Shown here piece after piece: positions 1-12,415 of a stretch of 64,000 bases of DNA. The stretch is from assembly GCF_006345805.1 (NCBI RefSeq), contig NC_043000.1:109678001-109742000 (forward strand), read 5' to 3'. The translations under genes were made by a program, and so were the position numbers. A model generated the notes under the pieces. It was not told where the DNA came from. It worked only from the letters and a program-made list of their open reading frames with translations, and ran no database searches. Source of the DNA: Octopus sinensis. Its lineage: Eukaryota. How positions within the stretch are numbered: position 1 is the first letter of the stretch; the number at the start of each line of letters is the position of its first letter.

Positions 1-100
1 GTCTGGACCCTAAATATAGTCTTGACTCTAAATATAGTCTAGACCCTAAATATAGTCTAGACCCTAAATATAGTCTTGACTCTAAATATAATCTTGTCTT
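1..100. repeat. 19-bp minisatellite (GAC(C/T)CTAAATATAGTCT(A/T)), about 5 units, cut by the window edge
   Basis: Direct repeats visible at 1-95; probably the subterminal array of a DNA element (inference). Confidence 0.8.
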
Positions 101-819
101 GACTTTTATGAACGTGTCAATTACTAATTGTTTTAACGAGCTTTTGTTCATTCAGTTTTATTGCGTTCATTAGCAACCTACACAATACCTTTTCTATAGT
201 TTTAACTCAGGGTAACATGAGAAACAAATGTATGTGAAAATGTGTAATTGTTTCCACACAGATTTTTATTTCCTGCCCGTAATTGTGCTTCTGGTTGGTA
301 ACCCTCTTAGAATTTAGTTTCACATACCTAAACAGAATATTAAATGGAACAAGTGAAAGAGAGAGAGATACGCATATGTAATGGATGCTAAGTTGCCTCG
401 TTATAATTTTGATTGAAACAACATTGATAAAAATCATTGTTTCTGGAGATGTATTTGATGTATTTTTTTTTTTTAAGTCAGTGAAAGCTTTTTTTACTTT
501 TTATTTTTTTCAACTCTTTTTATGCCTTCTCACCTGAGACCAACCCTGGTTCCATAACACACAAAAGCTTACCATTTTAAAGTGTTCATATTAAATTATG
601 ATCTTCTCTGCTATTTATCTCTTTGAACTTCTTAGTGACCATTCTCATTCTTTCTCTTCTAAATGTGGGTAGCCATGCAGCTTCTCTTCAAAAATCTACT
701 CTGCCACCCCAACCACTTTCTATCCTACATTAACCCATCATCGCTAAACATAAGGTTGCCTTGCCTTCCTTGATGTTTGTAGTTTTTGCTAGCTGCATGT
801 TAACCTCACTAGTGTTGGT

Positions 820-1005
820 GCCACATGAAAAAAACACCCAGTTTTTTGGGTAAAGTGGTTGGTATTAAGAAGGACATCCAGCTGTAGAAACCATTCAAGA
901 GCAGAAACTGAACACTCTACTGTCCTTAGAACCATCATATTCTTCCAAACTGTCCAACCTTTGCCAGTATGGAACATGGCTGTTAAATGATGGTGATGAT
1001 AATGA
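820..1005 (+). mobile_element. RTE-LINE 3' tail / RTE-tailed SINE fragment
   Basis: Matches the recurrent motif ggcatccagctgtagaaa...ccaacc(c)atgccagcatgga..gttaaa(c)gatgatgat seen in many copies in the window. Confidence 0.75.
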
Positions 1006-1339
1006 TGTATTTTATATTTAAGAACTTTTCAATTGGTTATGCTTTAAACACCAGATGAACCCTTTTTATTCAAACTGCCTGAAACTGCCCCTGGTTCTAG
1101 AATACCAACTTCCTATTTTATGGTGATCTACAATGGTGGTGCTCCAGCATGACCGCAGCCGCATGACTGAAATGAGTAAAAGAGTACAATTTAATCTTCC
1201 AAAAATTTCAAATTAATTTATGTTCCAGATTAATTAATGACCAAGTTATTTTACTAAATTCTTCATTATTTACAAAATGAATTGAAACAAAAGCAGAAAA
1301 GGTTATTTTATGAGATTCTTCAAAATTTCTTGATTGGTT

Positions 1340-1745
1340 GGCACAAGAATGAGACTGTGTCGTTAAGAAGATTGCTTTACAACCTCGTGGTTCTGGTTTC
1401 AACTCTGCTGGGCAACACCTTGAACAAATGTCTTCCACTATAGTCCCAAGTCAACCAATTCCTTGTTAGTGAATCTGATAAACAGAAACTGTGTGGAAGC
1501 CTGTTATGTGTGTGGGGGGGTGTTTGTGTCTGTATTTGTTACACCCCCCCCACTTTACAACCATAACCGATTTGTGTACATCCCCATAACTTAGCAATTC
1601 AGCAAAAAAAAATAATAATAATTACCAGACCTAAAAGGCCAAAAAGCCTGAAAAAACCTCTCAAGTCCTGGGGTTGATTTGTTTGACTTAAACCCTCCAA
1701 GGCAGAACTCCAGCATGGCCACAGTCCAATGACTGAACAGAGTAA
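1340..1745 (+). mobile_element. tRNA-derived SINE with CORE-like centre and CR1-type tail
   Basis: tRNA-like head, caccttg..caa.tgtctt core-like block, (GT)n, tail ccagcatggccacagtccaatgactgaa; many paralogs in the window. Confidence 0.75.
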
Positions 1746-2121
1746 CAATTTTATTCTATTTTATTTCCCAGTGCAATATTTCCTGTTCTCAGTCCAGTCT
1801 GTTCTTATAAAAGTGCAGAAAGGAAATAGAACTAAAAAAAAAAAAAGTAAAAAGACCCACAACTAAGCAAATATTTGTTTCTATTACAAAGAAAGACTAA
1901 TGATAAAAATTCATTCACTGAATTTTGCTGAGTCAACAGATTTCAATGTTTCAATGTCAAATCGGTTCATATTTTATTCTGATTTGCATCACTGACCACC
2001 AACTTTAAACCTACATTTTTTTCATTGATCCATTTACTTGTATGTGTGAAGACGTCTGGAAAATTTGCGAAAGGGAACTAGTTCAGGAATGTTGATTTTA
2101 TTTCCCTCTTTTTTCTGTTAG

Positions 2122-2189
2122 AGAGTGAGAACTGTTCACTGAAGTGTGAATTGGAAAATATATTAAGACATATATCTGTCTCTTTGGTT
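2122..2189 (+). CDS. Candidate internal exon (xSENCSLKCELENILRHISVSLV)
   Basis: Polypyrimidine tract + TAG acceptor, GTAAGT donor, one open frame; no recognisable homology. Confidence 0.2.
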
Positions 2190-2984
2190 GTAAGTCATCT
2201 GCTGTTGTCAGAAGCTGTTAAAATTTTTGTAGCCATATTTTATTTCAATGAAAGACTAACGAAAATTGTAGATATTTCTTTATCTAACAAAAAATTAATC
2301 TTGGGCAAATCCAGGATAAAGATTAAGTGAAGAATGGTGCAATTTAGAGACAATGAAAAACAAACAAATATCAAGGTAGTAAGTTGTTCATCATCATCAT
2401 TTATCAACCACTTTTCCATTCTTGCATGAGTCGGAATTTTGTTGAAGAGGGTTTTCTATGACTGGATGCCTTTCCTGTTGCCAACCCTCACCTGTTTCCA
2501 AGTAAGGTAATATTTCCCCATGGCCAGACATGCTTTTCGTGGAAGACTGGAAAGGAACCACCTTGCTTGTATAACAGTGACACTCATTTACAACATCTTG
2601 TGATGTCAAGTCTAAGGTACACACACACACACACCCACACGCAAGAGGCTTCTTTCAGTTTCTGTCTACTAAATTCACTCACAAGACATTGGTTGGCTCA
2701 AGACCATAGCAGAAGACACTTGCCCAAGGTGCTGTGTAGTGGGACTGAACCCAAAAACACACAGTTGCAAAGCAAGCTTCTTAACCACAGTTTTTTTTTT
2801 TAAAGTTTTCTTTTTATTTTATTTTTTTTAATTACGGTGTTGGGTTCTCAATTAGTTTTGATGATCAACAATTCCTATGAATGAAATTAACATGATTGGA
2901 TATTTCACAGGTACTGGTACACTTGATGCAATTTTTCAGGCTGAATCAGCAAGACACCGTGGCCAGGCTGCAGCTTTAAAACAC

Positions 2985-3375
2985 AAGGCACAAGTGTGGC
3001 TGTGTAGTAAGAAGCTTGCTTCCCACCCACCTGGTTCTAGGTTCAGTCCCTCTGTGTGGCACTTTGGGGCAAGTGTCTTCTACTATTGCTCCAGGTTGAC
3101 CAAAGCCTTGTGAATGGATTTGGTAGATAGAAACTGAAAGAAGCCCATCATGTATATGTGTGTGTGTTTGTGTCTGGGTTTGTCCCATTACCCCTTGGCA
3201 ACCAGTGCTGGTGTGTTTACATCTCCATAACTTAGCAGTTCAGCAAAAGAGACTGATAGAATGAGTACCAAGCTTAAAGAGAAAGAAGTACTGGAGTCAA
3301 TTCATTCGACTAAAACTTCTTCAAGGTGGTGCCCCAGCATGGCCGCCATCCAACGACTGAAACAAGTAAAAGAAT
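2985..3375 (+). mobile_element. tRNA-derived CORE-like SINE, near full length
   Basis: Head gtgtggctgtgtagtaagaagcttgcttcc...ggttcagtccc, core-like block, tail ggtgccccagcatggcc...ctgaaacaagtaaaaga. Confidence 0.8.
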
Positions 3376-3531
3376 CAAAGATATGCTGGAAATCAATTCC
3401 TGACTGAGTAAAGTCACTTCTTAAAACTCGGTCAGTCTGTGCAAGTATTTTGAGGGTCCAAAAAGGAGTTCCTATTTGTGAATTTCAGTTGATAAAGTGT
3501 CGCACAGCACTGGACCCACTTTTTAATACAA

Positions 3532-3915
3532 TCTCTCTCTATATATAAACGGCAGTTTGTCTGTGCGTGTTTCTGTGTGTCTGTTTGCTTGTACCCTCAC
3601 CCTGACCACGGCTTTCAACCGATTCTGATGAAACTTGACACACACATAGCCCAATGTCATAATTCAAAACTAACGCAGCGAAAATTTTGAAAAGTTCCCC
3701 CAGTTCTGAAAAAAATCGATAAATTCGACATGGGGTCGACAATGAGAAACACAAACCACAAACTGTCTAGGGGACGCAACTCCACCTTTTTTAAATCTCA
3801 AAAAAAAATTTACCATTTTTTTCCATTTTTTTGCTATTTTTTGGCTATAACTCTCTAAAAATGCTTTATAGTTATTTCCCTTACAAACCTGAGCAACGCC
3901 GGGCGATACTGCTAG
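3532..3915 (+). mobile_element. Non-autonomous Helitron-like element
   Basis: A|TC start (3531/3532), CTAG|T end (3912-3916), GC-rich subterminal hairpin agcaacgccgggcgatactgct, no TSD. Confidence 0.75.
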
Positions 3916-4739
3916 TCGGTTATAAATGTCAGTGGCACAACAGATATTGGGATGACCAGAAATGGCTGCACATGAGAGCTAGGGGTCCTTCACCCACAGT
4001 GGTTCATGTACTTGTTAACCCATAGCTGGGGCCATCACAGGTGCTCCTAGTCTGGGTCAGATGCACAATAGTGGTCGAGAGGTGTCCCCTCACTCTTCAA
4101 AACCCTGACTCTTCTGCCAGGGCCTCACTACTGGACACAGTTTAATGTCATACCTGTATTAGGCAGCAAGCTGGCCGAATCGTTTGCGTACCTGGCAAAA
4201 TATTTAGTGGCATTTTATCCATCTTTACATTGTGAGGTCAACTTTGCCCTTCATCTCTTCAGGGTCAATAAAATAAGTACCAGTTGAGCACCTCCTGAAA
4301 TTGCTGGCTTTGTGCCATAATTTGACACCAATGTCATACCTATATGAGAGAGAGAGAGAGAGAGAGAGAAGAAGAATCAATCACAGTATACACTGGTATT
4401 TCATTGGTTGACCTTGAATGGATCAAAGGTAATGTTGGCCTGAGCATAGTTTGAACTCAGAGTGTGGGTAAGCTGAAAGAATATTGTAAAGTGTTATATC
4501 TGATGGCCAGATGATTCCACCACCGACTCACTGAACTCTCGATGAAGTCAGCCACTTTGGATGTATTAAGCAGAGAAGGGATGAGAAATAAAGTTAATTG
4601 CTGGAGAATTTAACTTGAAACATAAAAGGTCAAAATTAGATATTGTTTGGCATTTGGTGGTTCTCAGCTCCACTTTGATGGTTTCCTTTAAAACTTTCAC
4701 TAACCAAGCATATTATAGATGGTATCATCTATGTAGGTG

Positions 4740-4770
4740 TGTGTATATATTATTTGTATGTATGTATGTA

Positions 4771-4805
<35 letters not shown>

Positions 4806-4806
4806 C

Positions 4807-4846
<40 letters not shown>

Positions 4847-5140
4847 GCCAGCTTGGAAGCAAGGATGTTACATGATGATGTTAATGATATATATGTGCAT
4901 GTAGGTGTATGTGTATATGTAGGTATATATTTGTATGTGTATGTATATATATAATTGTATGTATATGTGTGTGTGAGTATATATACAAGTGTAAATGTGT
5001 GTGTGTGTATATATGAGTGTAAATGATGTGTGTATATATATATATGCATGTGTGTATATGAGTGTAAATGTATATATATATGTATGTGTGCATCTGTATA
5101 TATATACACCACACACATGCATGCATACATACACACACAC
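4740..5140. repeat. Compound (TA)/(TG)/(TATG) microsatellite
   Basis: Seen directly. Confidence 0.9.
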
Positions 5141-5469
5141 GTAGCCACTTCCAGTATTGTTTTCTGTCACCAATTCTACTTATTACACTTGTTGCTTCTT
5201 CACTTACCGTTCCACTTTACACTTCATGCACATCATCTTCACATGAAGTTGCCATTTTTCTTCTTTTAAACCTTCAAGAGATTCTCACAGCCACCAATCA
5301 CTTAACTTCTTGCCGCTGTCATTTAATAAGCACCATCAACATGGTGGAGCTATTTTGAGACTGTCACTTCACACTTTGTTGAAGTATGTGTATTGTTAAC
5401 TTGTATATAAAACTTCTTTTTCTTTAAAAAGGAAAGCTTGCTTTCTTTCCCAACAATGATATTGTTAAG

Positions 5470-5725
5470 TTGACAAGGCGGCGAGCTGGCAGAATCATTA
5501 TCATGCCGGGCGAAATGCTTAGCGGTATTTCATCTGCCGTTACGTTCTGAGTTCAAATTCCGCCAAGGTTGACTTTGCTTTTCATCCTTTCGGGGTCGAT
5601 AAATTAAGGACCAGTTACTGGGGTCGATATAATCCACTTAATCCTTTTGTCTGTCCTTGTTTGTCTCCTCTGTGTTTAGCCCCTTGTGGGTAGTAAAGAA
5701 ATAGATATTGTTAAGCTTGCTTTAC
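5470..5725 (+). mobile_element. tRNA-derived SINE, second family (aaggcggcgagctggcagaa...gactttgc.tttcatcctttcggggtcgataaattaag)
   Basis: B-box-like ttctgagttcaaattc; central block recalls the Meta-SINE domain (from memory, unverified). Confidence 0.8.
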
Positions 5726-6149
5726 TTCTTTCTGTCTGGCACTAACTTTGCTTGCCTCTCAGCCTGTTCTATTGACCTGTACTAAGTGAAAAGAGAATCC
5801 TCTGGACATTATTGTCTTTTAACTCCTTGGACTTATCTGACCAGTTCACATAGTTTCCATGGTGTGTGTCAGTTGTACATGTAACTGAGATTGCCCTGAT
5901 GAGGCTCTTGTCCATTGCATGTTCACTCACAGCTGAGTGAATCGGTGGAGGATCAAGTGCCTTATTCAAGGACACGATGTGCTGCTCAACCTGAGAATCA
6001 AAACCAAAATCCTGTAATTGCAACTGCAGTGCCATAACCACTAAGCTACCTTGATACTGACCTGTAAACAACAGTTGTTTGGTGGTGGTGGGAACAGTTT
6101 GTTTTTGTTTATTTACATGTTGCAGGATCTTGAGGAATGGTCAGTTGCC

Positions 6150-6500
6150 ACGGCCTTTGATGGTCCTCTTAGACCATTGAGATTGATGCCATTAATGTTT
6201 CTCTCCTGCAGGTAGGGTATTCCAGAGGGACAGCATTCAGGGAGAGAAGGACTAGTTACAGTGATTCTTGTAGGGCCTGGAGCAGATTTGGTTGGACATC
6301 ATCCATGTGTTATGAGTGGATGGGGAATACTGGTGTGGAAGAGGCATCAGGCTCAGCCAGTTCTGAGGAGCAGAGGCCGTTATAGTAGTGGTAGAAAAAG
6401 TAATAGGAGGAGAGAGAGTATGTTTGTGGGGATTAGAGACTGGAGAGTGACTGTGTGTGACTTTGGTCAGTCGACCCTTGTCCAGATGTCAGCATGGGTA
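6150..6500 (-). mobile_element. Decayed CR1/L2-clade LINE 3' end
   Basis: Minus strand reads ...FYHYYNGLCSSELA... and, after frameshifts, ...RNINGINL, typical of the C-terminus of these RT ORFs. Confidence 0.5.
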
Positions 6501-6669
6501 TAACAGCAGCATCACAAGTCCAGGCATGGCAAGCAATACTCGTTACAAATTATTCAACCTTCGCATATTCTTACATGATGGCTGAATGCTTTGAGGTAAA
6601 ATCATTAGTTGAACTATTACAGAAATGAAAAGAAACTATAAAAAAAAATGTTAAGAAATGAAAATCTAT

Positions 6670-6870
6670 GACTGGCTCCTGTGCCAGTGGCACATAAAAG
6701 CACCCACTACATTCTTGGAGTGGTTGGCGTTAGGAAGGGCCATCCAGCTGTAGAAAACTTGCCAGATTAGATTGGAGCCTGATGCAGCCACCTGGCTCTC
6801 CAGATCTCAGTCAAACCGTCCAATCCATGCCAGCATGTAAAACAGATGTTAAACGATGATGATGATGATA
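6670..6870 (+). mobile_element. RTE 3' tail fragment ending in (GAT)n then (AT)n
   Basis: Recurrent family motif. Confidence 0.8.
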
Positions 6871-7079
6871 TATATATATATATATATATAATGCAGTGTA
6901 CATTTAAATTAGATGGTCAAATGTTTTTATTCTTTCATTTCGTTCCTGTCGAATTTTATCCCTAATTTTGTGGTTATAGAACCTAGCTGTTCTTTCTAGC
7001 ATGTTGAATCCCATGAGTGGATTCCTTATGTGTTTAAATGTACACTGTATTTTATGACTAATACATAATCTTTGGACTA

Positions 7080-7141
7080 AATTTTTACACGCTAGGTCAC
7101 TGGAAGCGAAAATTTCTTTTAATTTCCATTTCCCTTTGATA

Positions 7142-7183
<42 letters not shown>

Positions 7184-7238
7184 TATCAAAGGGAAATGGA
7201 AATTAATAGAAATTTCGCTTCCAGTGACCTAGCGTGTA

Positions 7239-7244
<6 letters not shown>
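7080..7244. repeat. Palindrome: ~65-bp arms around a (TA)n centre
   Basis: 7080-7145 is the reverse complement of 7180-7244 with 2 differences. Confidence 0.95.
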
Positions 7245-7288
<44 letters not shown>

Positions 7289-8736
7289 CATGCCAACTCA
7301 GTTTTCGTAGTTGCCTGTGCATTATAAGTTTTGACTGAAAATATTCACCAAGATTGTGAATTATTCAATTCACAATTCTTGTTGTTTTAGAGTTGAATTT
7401 CTTATGATTTTGATAACTTCATATAAACCATCTTTGTCTGAAAATAAGTGTAAATTTATCTTTCCATAATAAATAAATAAAAGTCTATTTTATCTATATT
7501 TCCATGGTAACCAGTCATTAGAAAACTAATACCTACACTCCTGATCAAGTCTGATGTTTTTTTTTTGTTTATTCAATTATATTTTTTTTATTGTTTTATA
7601 TTAAAATTTCAGTTTCCATTTTACAAGACTTGGTTACTGTTTCTCTGTTAGTGTTTGCATTGTCCATGAAACAGCAGAAATGCATTTGGTTTCATTGCTT
7701 CTAAAAGCCATTCCTGTCTCCACTCCAACATTTGATAATATATAAAGTGGTTGGTGTAAGTTCTCGGTGATCTGAGCCTGTGACCCAGTTTTCAGTTTTA
7801 TTTCTGGTTGTTTTTCTCTTTCAGCATCCTCGTTATTATTTTATGTCTGGTTTCCATGCCGGCATACACTGGCCATCGCAGTCCAAGTCAATAGTACTTC
7901 AAAGCTATTGTTTGTCTTAGGTGTTGTCAGGAGACCACAACTCACTCAAATATTTCATTTTGATATACAGGTGAAGGTATGGCTATCGGCCAAGATGCTT
8001 GCATCTCGACCCCATGGTTTCGCTTTTAGTCCCACTGTATGGCACTGTGAGGCTCAGCACTCAAAAGCAGCTTTGCATGTGCTACTGGCATTGGCCACTT
8101 TGCCTCCATGAGGCCCAATGCTCAAATAGTGCTTTTTATGTGCCACCAGCACGGGTGCCAGTTATGTGACACCAGCATCAGTCATAACTACAATTTCACT
8201 TGACTTATATATATATATATATATATATATATGGGTGTAGGTGTGTGTGTATTCATCAGGCCTCTTTTGGTTTCTGTTTATCAAATCCATAATCAAAGCT
8301 TTAGTTGGCACAGGACTACAGAAGAAAACAACATTCCCAAAGTCTCAACTGGTGGGACTGAACCTGAGACCATGTGGTTGGGAAGCAAGCTTCTTAGCTA
8401 CACAGCCATGCCTCTGCCTAAATACAGAGGTGCAGATATGGCCATGTGGTTAAAACGTTCATCTCCTGATTCCTCATTTCAGGTTCATTCCACCTGTGTG
8501 ACACTGTGCTGCTGTCCTCCACTGTAGCCTTGGATTGATCAATTCCTTGAGTGTAGAATCTGTAGATGGAAACTGTTAAACGATTTTTGTTTTAAAATAT
8601 TTGTGTCAGTGTATGTGTGTGTGTGTGTGTGTGTACATTTACGTAAGTGTATATCAGTTGCCATGATAGATCGTTAGCCACTACACACAATTTTTTTCTC
8701 TTCTTTTTTTTTCTCTCCTTGTTTTTTTCTGTGTCC

Positions 8737-8772
8737 CTTTCTGTAGAAGAGCATAGGCTCGAAACGTAAAAG
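8737..8772 (+). ncRNA. Minimal hammerhead-like motif with variant core (CUGUAGA) inside repeat 8660-8870
   Basis: CTTT-CTGTAGA-A-GAGC(ATAG)GCTC-GAAA-CG-TA-AAAG; stems I and II pair. Confidence 0.45.
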
Positions 8773-9699
8773 ACTTTTTCTATTCCTGAGCGTTATACTA
8801 ATACATCTGTTTGTTTTGTACACCACCTGTCTTCGTCTTTTGTTTTTTCCGTAAACTCTCCCTGTATGTGTGTGTGTTTATGTATGTAAGTGTATGTTTG
8901 TATCTTCTCATTGACATTGTATGTTGAAGAAATGATGTTATCGTGTCATGGAGGAGGGTGACCTTGTTTATGTCTGTCATGAAAACACTCGTGTCCCTAT
9001 TTGTTCGTTCTGTGTAGACAATGTCATTGCGAAATAGGTAATGTCTTTGTTTTTCATCTGTCACAAAACGAATGTCCCCCATCTCATGAGCTGCTGGTTG
9101 TTTGAAAGACCAGGAGAAGTAGTAGTACGCTACTTGGAAACCAGTGAGAGGTGATGGCAGCATCGGCCTCTGGGCTAACATGGGAAAGTCGACATTAAAA
9201 GGATGGCAAATATATTATAGGTACAAATTGTGTACACACACACACACACACACGCACACATTATTATGCATCGGTGCAGGCATGGCTGTGTCTAGAAGCT
9301 TGCCTCCCAACCACATGGCTCTGGGTTCAGTCCCTGTGCATGTCACCTCAGTCAAGTCTTCTACTATAGCCTCAGTCCAACCAAAGCCTTCTGAGGGGAT
9401 TTCATAGACGGAAACTGAATGAAGCCCATTGTGTTTATACATGGTTTGACAGGAAGTGGCCAGCTGGAGGGCCACCCAGGGTCCAATTGTCTGTTTTGGC
9501 ATGGTTCCTATGGCTGGATGCCCTTCCTGACACCAATCACTTTGCAGAGTGTACTGTGTGCTTTTACATGGCACCAGCACCCAAGAACCTGCAAGACTAG
9601 GATCTCTCAGCTGAGAGAAAGATGAAGAGGATATGTCCATCTACATGGAAAAACACGATTTTATTTAGTTTGATCGTATTCTCAAGTACAGCAAACTCT

Positions 9700-10150
9700 C
9701 AGAAGTCTCATCCCATTGTCATCTCTGTGAAGTCCTGAAAATTCTTTCTCATCACTTCATCCCACATCTTCCGGGGTCTGCCCTTTTCACATGTTCCCTC
9801 CACAATTAGAAATTGGCACTTCTTGATGCAGCTGCCTTGATCCATATACCTCACGTGACCATACTAGTGTAGTCTTCTCTCTTGCACACTTCATTTGATG
9901 TCTCATATACCCAGTTCTTCTCTCAAATCACTTACACCCTGTCATATATGCACACTGACATTACCCATCCATCGGAGCATACTGGCTTCATTTCTTTCAA
10001 GTCTTTGCATGTCTTCAGGTGTTACAGCCCATGTTGCACTGCCATGTAGCAGAGCTGTCCATATACAAGCATTATACAATCTGCCTTTCACTCCGAGAAA
10101 GAGGCCCTTTGTTACCAAAAGTAGCAGCTCTCTGAACATTGCCCAGCCCA
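9700..10150 (-). mobile_element. RTE-clade LINE fragment (RT C-terminal region)
   Basis: Translates to KGRLYNACIWTALLHGSATWAVTPEDMQRLERNEASMLRWM; paralogous to 37040-37480. Confidence 0.85.
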
Positions 10151-10287
10151 TTGTTATATATATATATATATATCTTATATAGTAACAACCATGGAAAAGA
10201 AATCCTTCAAAGGGGGTGTGTTGTTAAACATCCAATTCACTGGTACGTCAGTTGGATACCATATAAATATTTGTATAATTAAATATA

Positions 10288-10762
10288 GAGATATCCTATT
10301 GACAATCCAATAATTTATTTATATTACAATATTACATTAAATACTATGAATATGATATGTAACATAACTAAATATTATATAACATAAATAATTATAAAAA
10401 CCATAAAAGGTCAACAAATTGTTTTGACATATTTTTCTGATACACATAATCACAGTTCCATTATATATATATATATATATCCTTGGGGCTGGCCAGATTT
10501 GAGCAATCTCAAGATTAATCAGCCGAAATTGCAAGGATGATCCGGTTCTTGACTGAAGATTAAAGGCTTCGAATGACCTGCCTTTGTTTTTTCGTCTTCT
10601 GGATGTTTTGCGTTCTTGTCCCATTTTGTATTTATATATATACATATATATATATATAGTAATTTCAGGGTGTGAACCAAAGACCCTGAAGTGACTATAT
10701 TCAAAGTGTTTAATGTAATATTGCAATACAAATAGATTATTGGATTGTCAATAGAATATCTC
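10288..10762. repeat. Imperfect inverted repeat (arms 10288-10353 and 10697-10762) enclosing two (TA)n tracts
   Basis: Arm complementarity read by eye. Confidence 0.75.
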
Positions 10763-11169
10763 GATATCTAATTTATCTATCTGTCTGTCCTTCTGTCTAC
10801 ATCTGTTTGTCCTCCCCTCCACTGCTTGACAACCAGTTTTGGTGTGTTTACATCTCCATAACTTAGTTGTTCAACAAAAGAGACCAAGTACCAGTTGCAT
10901 ACTGGTCGACTAATTGACTGGCTCCCTCCTCAAAAAAAAAAAAAAAAAATTTCAGGCCTTGTGCCTAGAGTAGAAAAGGATAATTATGCTGTTGACGATG
11001 ATGATGATGATTGTAGTTACAGTTGTTGTGGCAAGTGTTTTTATTAAAGCCTGCTGTTGTTTTTGACTTGTAATAATCTATGATGTTTATAACAAGTCTA
11101 TGAATGAGTTTGAGAGTTGCTGCTACCTGACTGAGTTATTTTCCTCTCTCCTCTCTCTCTCTCTCTCAG

Positions 11170-11199
11170 ATCTACCTGCTGCCAACAAGAAAAACTTGA
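11170..11199 (+). CDS. Candidate terminal exon (IYLLPTRKT*) with AATAAA at 11397 and 11405
   Basis: (CT)n-CAG acceptor; phase-compatible with 2122-2189. A competing minus-strand exon reading (11176-11249) also exists. Confidence 0.15.
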   Translation: MYLLPTRKT

Positions 11200-12415
11200 A
11201 TTCTAAAGGAGTTGATGTCACTGTACTGTTGACATTGCTATTTATTCCCCTGTATTGTAAAAAAAAAAGCCCATCCCATCACAGCTTGCTCAGAGCTTAA
11301 CATTAGTCAAAAATTCCATTCTCTTCCTTGTAGGTTCAAGTTGTCTTTCTATAAACATACACAAATGTACCAAAAAAAAAAAAGCAAAACAAAAACAATA
11401 AACAAATAAAATTTCAATGTTTGTTTTTAATGCCTGATGATGATGATGATGATACTACTACTACTACTACAACCCCCTTTCTCTGTATGCAACAATGGCA
11501 CACATACTAATATATGTGTATAATACATATCACCATCATTATTTTAATGTTTGCCCATATTGAAAAAGCTACTGGTGTATGTATAATGTGTGTGTGTGTG
11601 TGCATGTATATATATATATATATATATATATAATGTATATGTATATATATGTATATCATTCAAATAAGGCTGCAATTTACTCACACACAGCATCTTTCAG
11701 AGCTTGTCGCTGATTCAGTTCTTAACTAAATTGAAAACAGTTAACATTTTTGAACAGGGCTGGTGCCTAGCTACATTTTGACATTAAAAAAAATTGAGAT
11801 TTGATCCTGTAGAAAAAAGTTTACATCAAAATTTGTACCAATGTTATAGGAGAGTAAGTAACGCCACCAATCAAGTTTAGATCTAAATAACTTTTTTTCA
11901 TTTTAAAAGCAAAATATATTTATCTTAGCTTCAATGATAATAATAATGAAATGAAATTATTGTATACAATGCTCAGGTGCACCACAACATAGAAGAAAGC
12001 ATTAAGAATTTCATAGTTTTGGTCACATGCAACAAAAATGTGTATCAAAAGAGTTGTGAGGTAGAATATCATGAAAAAAATATAAGGCAAAACATTGGAT
12101 TTAAGTATAATTAACTTTTTTATTTTAAAAACAAACCACATTTTAATTAAGCTTAAAAGATAGAGCTCAATTTAAGGAATTTCATGATATCAATTTCGTG
12201 CAATGAAGTTTTAAAAGAAAAAGAATTATGAATGTTTGTTTCTCAAATTTGAGGGTGATAATATAGTTCTATACTTTTTTTATAAATGTAGTTCTATAAT
12301 GGGATTTTAATATATGTCACCAGCATCACTGAGGTAAGGAAAAAATTATCAATGACACTGCTAATTGACACATTTGGCACATTATTAATTAGCATAGCCT
12401 GGAAAAATACATGGA

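Noticed and set aside
573-780. Minus-strand exon ending at a GTAAGC donor
   Set aside because: All three frames contain stops shortly before the donor.
3626-3640. CTGATGAAAC in the Helitron-like element
   Set aside because: Core and GAAAC overlap with no stem II.
8936-9037. CYRVMEEGDLVYVCHENTRVPICSFCVD resembles a UBR-box zinc finger
   Set aside because: Bounded by stops, two key Cys missing, no downstream His/Cys half; the similarity is too short to exceed chance. An HMM search would settle it.
10553-10580. CTGAAGA...GAATGACC as a hammerhead
   Set aside because: No credible stem II or NUH/stem I pairing.
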